From the NCBI RefSeq assembly GCF_009914755.1, contig NC_060937.1: 64,000 bases of DNA; one strand, 5' to 3'. The first letter of the stretch is position 1, and every line of letters starts with the position of its first letter. The DNA is from the human T2T-CHM13v2.0 reference genome, Homo sapiens. A model generated the notes under the pieces. It searched no databases, had not been told where the DNA came from, and was given only the letters and a program-made list of their open reading frames with translations. Shown here one piece after another: positions 56,877-64,000 of this stretch. The position numbers and the translations under genes are program-made.

Positions 56877-57270
56877 CGATGCTTAATTTTATGTGTCCAT
56901 GTGGCTGGGCCCAGACGTGAAGTCAAACCTCATTCTGGATGTCCCTGTGAGGATGTTTTTGGATGAGATGAACATTTAAACCCGTGCACTTTGAGTAAAG
57001 CAGATGGCCCTTGCTAGTAGGTGGGCCTCCCCGGGTCAGCTGAAGACCTGAATGGAACAGAGACTGACCTCCCTGAGCAAGCAGGGGCTGCAGACACGGT
57101 CTTCCTGGGGTCTCCAGCCTGCTGGCCCACCCTGCAGATTTCAAATTTACCAGCCTCCATAGTCACCTGAGCCAATTCCTTAAAAGTAATCTCTCTATAT
57201 ATACATATACACATATCCTGTTGGTTCTGGTTTTTTGTTTGTGTTTCCTTCTGGAGAACCTGCTATTACA
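56877..57270 (+). mobile_element. MLT2B/D (ERVL) LTR
   Basis: TGCGATGCTTAATTTTATGTGTC...GATGAGATGAACATTTAAA...TTGAGTAAAGCAGAT...CTGGAGAACC. Confidence 0.82.
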
Positions 57271-59189
57271 GTGGTGTATATGCATTCCATTCCATGATGG
57301 GTAATATAGTAAGAGACAGCTTTTATTAGTTTTCCTTCCAAATATTCAATGTGTTAATATGCTCAAAACCCTTAATTCAATTCTCTGAATCCTTCTAATT
57401 GGGGATGGGGTAATGTTTGCAGAAGAAAGTCCACCTAGAGGATCGTTTTGTGGAGGGCTTTGTGTCTGAGAAGGGGCTTCCTTGCCGTAGCATCTGCCCT
57501 CCTGCTGCTCACATCTGAAGCTTTCTTTTCTGTCAGCTGCTCCTAGGTATCTGATCTTTCCGGCCTCTGCGGTTTTTTTTTTTTTTTTTTTAATTTTTCC
57601 CTCTTTTTCCCAGCCTCAAACCTGTCATCTGCATCTTTCCTTCTTTAACCACTGAGCCAGGTGCTCTAAGGCTTTGGGCTCCTTGGTACTTTACGATTCA
57701 CCCCCGCCCTGGGGCCGGACAGCCTTGGAGAATTTCCAGAAGGGAAAGTCTTCTGGTAACCAGATAATTCTTTCAGAAGTAGGTGTGTTTTTGCAACATT
57801 AGTCAATATCTCACGTCCTGCAAGGGACTTTCCATCGATTCCTTTTGAGAGGCCTGTAGGGTAGGTTACGGTTAAGAAGGCTTTTCAGAACAGTGTGAAG
57901 GAAGGAATGGCAAGTGCATTTCATGGCCTCGTAACCCTTCTGTGTCCTTGTTGGTGAAAAGAGAGGGTGGAGCTTTATTCCTGAGCGCCAGGTGCCTTTC
58001 CCTGTGGTCACAAACGTGTAAATGGATACATTTCTATTTGCTTAAGGAACAAATATTGCTGTGGGAAGTGACTAAATAGCTTCCCAGAAGCAGCGGTCAT
58101 GGGGCCTTTGGACCAGCTGGGCATCTTCTAATCAAGGCAGGAGGGGGAATGATGCAAAAACAAGATGGGTCTATGCTGGAACATTTCCACCGTCAAATTC
58201 ACCAAAAATGTGTGGCAGGCTCACTCCCCAAGCCACAAAGCTCTGATTCACAGACACTCCTGGTACACGAACAGCAGGGGCCCCATCATCTGCCATTCAC
58301 TCTGATGTTGACTTTGAAACCAGTCTGTGTGGCCACTTCCAGCTTGAAAGGCCTTGATCAATTTACCCAACCTCCCTGCCGCCTCAGTTCTCTCATCTGC
58401 AGAATGGAAATGTTGCAGCAGCTCCTTCCAACAACCCCTTGGAAAGGCAGGGAGGAAGGCCAGTTGTCACCTGCGACAACTGTTCCCACTGTGATGTTCC
58501 CACTGTGATGTTTGCCTTGACAGGGTGGTATTGCCACATTTCAGGGTCTGGCTTCAATTTTGTAGGCCCAGGAAGTCAGTAGATAATATAGAATAATTGA
58601 TCAAGCACCTAAGAATGGCTGCTAAAAGAACTCACAAGAATCTGAAGTGAGTATTAATTTACAGCAAGAACTGTAACCAACTGGACAGGACAGAAGCGGC
58701 CAGGGCTCCCCTGCTCCTTCTTTAAAGGCAAAGCTATACGCAGGGCCAAATGATCATTGCCGTGGGATTGGAGTTTGCTTGCTGGGTGTGAGTTGGGTGG
58801 AGGTGGGGCTGAGGCTGGACAACACTGATGGCAGTGGTCCCTCTACAAGAACCGAGGCTTCTGTGGCACTGTGAGGAGGCCCTTACAGGCTTGGCAGGTC
58901 CCATGAGAGTCCCTGCCAGTGGCCTGGCTGGCAGCTCCCCCTCTTGCTGCTTCCCACAACCACATGCCCCAAAGTCCACAGTCATTACTAAGGTGTAGCA
59001 AGGAAAATAAGACCATAGGCTTGGAAAAGATAAAAATAGCAACCAGTGACACCAGACCCAAAAGCCCTCAAGGATACCAATTAATCCCCTTAAAAGTAGT
59101 CTTCATCAGCCTCTTCTTCCTCTTCTTGTACAGCAAATGTTTCCTCAAGGATCAACACTAAAGAAAAATAATACATAATTCTTACTAAA

Positions 59190-61080
59190 TGTTTTATTAT
59201 TGTTCCCCTTATGTTGGAAATAGATTATACATATAAAAGAGTACATAAAATTTCCATATCTGTTTAAGGAAAAAGAATAAGGACAAACACCTGCATATGC
59301 ACCCCCGGGTGACATGCCCCTACCTGTGGGCACCCTGACCTGCCCCTGCACAGGAGGCACCACCTGCAGGGTATGCAACAATTCCTGTGCTTTTCCTGTG
59401 TGTTTTCCACTATGTGTGTCTCAGTGGAGAAACGTCCTGCTCGGTTTTGTTGTTTGTGAACCTTACACAAATGGCATCTTACATTACGTAGTCTTCTATG
59501 ACTTCTCTTTGCTCAAGATACATCATGTGAATTCAAGTGGCTTTGTTTCATTCTGTGTCACTGCTATAGAGTGTTCTAACACAGAACAGACCACAATCTA
59601 TTTATCCAGCTTACTACTGATGGAGATGTTTGTGTTGCTTACATATTTTTACTATTACAAACAATGCTGGTGTGAACATTCTTCTAAACATCCCTATTAC
59701 ATAAGGGCCAGAATTTTTCCAGGCATACAACAAAGAAGGGCTATTATGGGCCATGGAACGGACATGCTCACATCTACCAGATGACACCCAGTTCTTTCCA
59801 AAGTGGTCACCCGAGTTTCCACCTTCCCCAGAATTGAAAACGAGTCCCTTTTTTGCTACATTCACATTTCTGCCAGCATTCGCTGTCGCCTGATTTTTAA
59901 GTATAAAATGGTAGCTTATTGTTTCCTTTTCTGTGAATTGTCTGGTGGGGATTTTTGAGCACTTTTCTATTAGGTTGTTTGTCTTTTACCTTGTTGACTG
60001 ATATGAATTCTCCACATCTGCTGGATATGAATGTTTTGTCAGGTACATGCCCAGGCATTCTTTTCTACTTCCTGGCTCGTCTTTTTAATCTCTTGGTGGG
60101 ATGGTGTCCTTTGATGAGTAGAAGTTCTCAATTTTAACATAGCTTAGCTTATTGGTTATTTTCATGATTGTGTGTATGTATGAGTGTATTAAGAGCCCTC
60201 CCTGCTCTGAGGTTTAGGAGATAACCTCTACCTCATCGTGTAAGAGGTTCATAATGGCTTTTTTTTTTCACATCGAAGTCTTTAATCCATGTGGAATTGA
60301 TTTTTTAAAATATAATGTGAAGTAGGGATCGAATCTCATTTTCCTTTGTTTAGTGCATTGCCTCAGTACTGCTTATTGAGTAGTGTTTATTTGCTGTTTA
60401 CACACTTATGCATATGCCATTATTAAACACGGCAGACCTGTTTTAACGGAGGTCTGTTTTCTGGGTGAGAGTGGGCTTGGCCTGCTCTGCGGCACTGCCC
60501 GTGTGTTCGTGGTCTTGCCAAGCTGCTTGTTCTAAAGACTTCGCTTTTGGAGTTGTCTTGAGCTTTGAGAGGGCACAGCCCCAACCATGTCCTTCCTGAA
60601 GAACAAGGGTCCTGGCTGTACCTGGTCCTTCATTTATTTCCATATAAATTTCAGAATCAGCTTTTCAAGGTCCATAAGAAAAGAAATCTGTGATTTAGAT
60701 GAAATTGTATTGACTCTACAGTAGGTGTTTTTACTTTGTTATTGTTGTTTCCTTAAAGTAATCTTACTCAAAAAGAAATGTAAGCTCTGCGTAGAAAACA
60801 GTGAAACACGGGGAAATAAAGGAAAAAAGAAGCAGTTACTACATCACCTCGACTGCCCCCACCAGACAACACTGCTAGCATTTTAATGTCTTTTATCTTT
60901 AATATATATTTTATTATATATAAAATATCTAATAAATATATGCATACATAGTGTACATTTGCATACCCATGTATTTACAGATGCCACACACCACGTGTTC
61001 CCAGCTCTAAGAGGCCTGTTTGTCCCCATTTTACCACCTCTGGATTCAGGACACGCCTGGCTGCATTGTCTCCTTGTCTG
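59190..61080 (-). mobile_element. L1ME fragments
   Basis: Antisense L1 3' and ORF2 sequence (TTCCATATAAATTTCAGAATCAGC). Confidence 0.6.
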
Positions 61081-61807
61081 CATAGAAACTTGTGGGACAG
61101 AAGCCGCTGGCAGACGTTGGTGGGGACCCTCACAACGCCCCCAATTCAGGCCCCTGAGGCCACAGGAAAGGATGTGGCACAAGGAGGCCAACCATGCAGT
61201 CCTGCTTGGAGCGGTGACTGGGAAGACAGACGTACCCTGAAGAAGCACAGAGGAATCGAGACCAATTGTTTTTGCCTTATTTTCCTAGTTAAGTATACAA
61301 AGGAGTGATATCAATAAAAACCTATGTCTAAATAAGTAAAAACTGCTCTTTTGACAGGTACGAAATGAAAACTCTGTGTTGAGAGCAGCTTTCTAGTTTG
61401 GGGGACAATCTTGATCTCTCTTAGCTGAATGGGAGTCTTCGATTCTATGAAGGGCCAGACGCATTGCTGGTGGGTGGGTTGGCACAGTCCACTGCAAGCC
61501 TTCACCAATGGCACTGGTGCCGCCGCTGACGCAGGGAGGAGAGGGCTGCTCTGCGGATTGACCGGTTGGAGGCAGGTGCAGGTTCCAGAGACCCCCATGC
61601 TCCCCAATGCTTGGGAGGCGCTGTGGTTTGACTTGAATGCTGCTGTGGAGTTATTGGTGGCTCCCCCAAGCATAGTTCACAAATGAACTGAGGTTTGATG
61701 TTGTTTTAGGTACCATACGTGTTATTTTCTCAAAAATATGTCCTGGAACGTCCCTGCCTCCGATGGCTTTCTTTGGGGACATGAGTTCCCTGGCATGTGG
61801 GTGGCAA

Positions 61808-61823
61808 CACTGCCCCCTGCTGG
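61808..61823 (-). promoter_or_regulatory. Strong candidate CTCF motif
   Basis: Reverse complement CCAGCAGGGGGCAGTG is a near-consensus CTCF core in non-repeat sequence. Confidence 0.55.
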
Positions 61824-63164
61824 TGTTGGGCAGCATCATCAGGCACCCGGGCAAAGGCTCCAGCCTCAGCCTCGGCCGTAGGTCACAGCCGATTGGACAC
61901 AGAACCTGAGATTTTCCTACAAAGTTTAAGATTTGAACTGAATACCATCCAGAGGTGTGATCCTAAAGCAATGGCGACATTGCTACTAGGTTCAAGCAGA
62001 ACTTACTTTTTCCCTACTGCTCACCAGGTATTAAATATTTAGTGACATTTCTGTTACCTGGCATTGTAATTATTTCAAATGAATTCTTGTGTTCTATATT
62101 GTTTCGTTTTTATTGGACTATGTTTTTCTTTACATGTATTGTGGATACCTTTGTAAAGACTCATCCAAATTTATTTTTTTGCTCCATATTTTGTAAGAAT
62201 TTTTAGTAATGCATTTGCCTTGTCAGTATGAATCTTATATAAATTTATTCTAATTCATTTCATATTGTGGCTTGCTTTCTATTTACTGGCATTTCCTGAA
62301 ATACAATGTCTATATTTGCTTTTATATGATATGTGAAGTACTTGTAAATTTACAAGTAAATTTATTGTGTTTACTTGCAGCCTATATACTTGTATTTATA
62401 AACACAACATATTTCTTGTTAGCTACGTGGCTTTCCATTTTTCTTTTTTGGGTTTAGTAGAAAATTACCACATATCTAAAACTTATTATCTCAACCAGAT
62501 TCCAATATACAATATAACTTTATTTATGCCCGTGTTTTCCTATATCTCTTGAAAATAGCTTTCAGTACATAAATGCTTAAGGTTTTTTTTTTTTCAAAAA
62601 GCGTCCTGTGGGTTGGGAGGCACTGATGTGTCCCCAGTGCCAGCAGGTGTGTTGGCTGTTGGTGATGGGCCGCTAATCCAGCTGCTGCCGGCTGACTGTT
62701 ACCGTGGGGATGACTTTCAGGTGTCTGATGGCGTTGTCAAGCAGACTCTGTGGACACAGGGAACTTAAGGACTGCCTCGCTCTGAAGTGGTTATCTCTGC
62801 AGTTAATGTTTCCACCGAGGACTCTGCTTCCAGCCTGTCCATCCTGCCCACCTAAGAAAACCCTTAGAAATAAGGGGTGAGTCCCTCGAGGATTTAACTG
62901 TTTAGTTGTGAAATGGGCACGTGGCGTCCAGGGAACACAAGCAGCAGCGGAACTGGACAGCAAGGGCTTCGTGGGGAGCTGAGTGTCCTCTGAGGGTGGT
63001 GGCTCCTGCAGGGAATCACTTACGGGTTCAGGGTCCCTGATCTGGGAAGGCCCAGCCCCATGCCCCGTGTGCTCTCTGGGGCCCACTTCCCATCCATAGT
63101 GGACTGGTTCAGGCTAGACCCTCTGCAAATCTGGAATAAGGTTTGCCTTCTGCCTTGGTGGAAC

Positions 63165-64000
63165 TGAGAGGTGACAGCATGCTGGCAGTCCTCGGAGCCC
63201 TCGCTTGCTCTTGGCACCTCCCCTGCCTGGGCTCCCACTTTGGTGGCATTTGAGGAGCCCTTCAGCCCCCCCACTGCACTGTGGGAGCCCCTTTCTGGGC
63301 TGGCCAAGGCAGGAGCCCACTCCCTCAGCTTGCAGGGAGGTGTGGAGGGAGAGGCGCGAGCGGGAACCGGGGCTGCGTGCGGCGCTTGCGGGCCAGCTGG
63401 AGTTCCGGGTGGGCGTGGGCTTGGCGGGCCCCGCACTCGGAGCAGCCAGTCAGCCCTGCTGGCCCGGGGCAATGAGGGACTTAGCACCCGGGCCAGTGGC
63501 TGCGGAGGGTGTACTGGGTCCCCCAGCAGTGCCAGCCCACCGGCGCTGCGCTCGATTTCTCGCCAGGCCTTAGCTGCCTTCCCGCGAGGCAGGGCTTGGG
63601 ACCTGCAGCCCGCCATGCCTGAGCCTCCCACCCACTCCATGGGCTCCTGTGCAGCCCGAGCCTCCCCGACGAGCACTACCCCCTGCTCCACGGCACCCAG
63701 TCCCAACGACCACCCAAGGGCTGAGGAATGCGAGCGCACGGCGCAGGACTGGCAGGCAGCTCCACCTGCAGCCTCGGTGTGGGATCCACTAGGTGAAGCC
63801 AGCTGGGCTCCTGAGTCTGGTGGGGACGTGGAGAGTCTTTATATGTAGCTCAGGGATTGTAAATACACCAATCAGCACCCTGTGTTTAGCTCAAGGTTTG
63901 TGAGTGCACCAATCGACACTGTATCTAGCTGCTCTGGTGGGGCCTTGGAGACCCTTTATGTCTAGCTCAGGGATTGTAAATACACCAATCAGCACTCTGT
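63165..64000 (+). mobile_element. LTR12C (ERV9 LTR), truncated by the window end
   Basis: TGAGAGGTGACAGCATGCTGGCAGTCCTC start; GC-rich U3; tandem CTCAGGGATTGTAAATACACCAATCAGCAC enhancer repeats. Confidence 0.95.

Noticed and set aside
58481-58512. 14-bp tandem duplication TGTTCCCACTGTGA (similar ones at 8055-8086 and 19141-19180)
   Set aside because: Ordinary slippage duplications
63020-63848. ORFs of 239 and 225 aa
   Set aside because: Lie almost entirely in GC-rich LTR12C U3 sequence

Overview
Primate (most likely human) genomic DNA, judged from AluJ/S/Y, THE1, MST, MER52 and LTR12C elements. I find no supportable protein-coding gene: nearly all ORFs in the track are repeat-derived or chance. 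Most of the window is interspersed repeats. Main contents: (1) a fragmented ancient class-I (ERV1) provirus on the minus strand (~0.9-9.8 kb) whose gag-pro-RT-RNaseH-IN order can be rebuilt across several younger insertions; (2) a processed RPL21 pseudogene with a long 3' UTR; (3) a G-rich 30-bp minisatellite with TTAGGG in most units (~12.5-12.8 kb); (4) an intact MER75 piggyBac MITE, a complete THE1D MaLR element, a MER52 solo LTR and a fossil hAT-Charlie transposase element; (5) a CpG island (~54.2-56.4 kb) with no recognisable coding gene, holding a CpG-rich 14-16-bp VNTR built from TCACGAC motifs; (6) an LTR12C cut by the window end. Several small, locally templated inverted or direct duplications are visible. 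I do not see a convincing novel multi-gene system. The best leads are regulatory or structural: the motif-array VNTR in the CpG island, the G4 minisatellite and the template-switch scars. Repeat subfamily names come from recalled consensus sequences and were not confirmed by RepeatMasker. Boundaries without a stated TSD are approximate.
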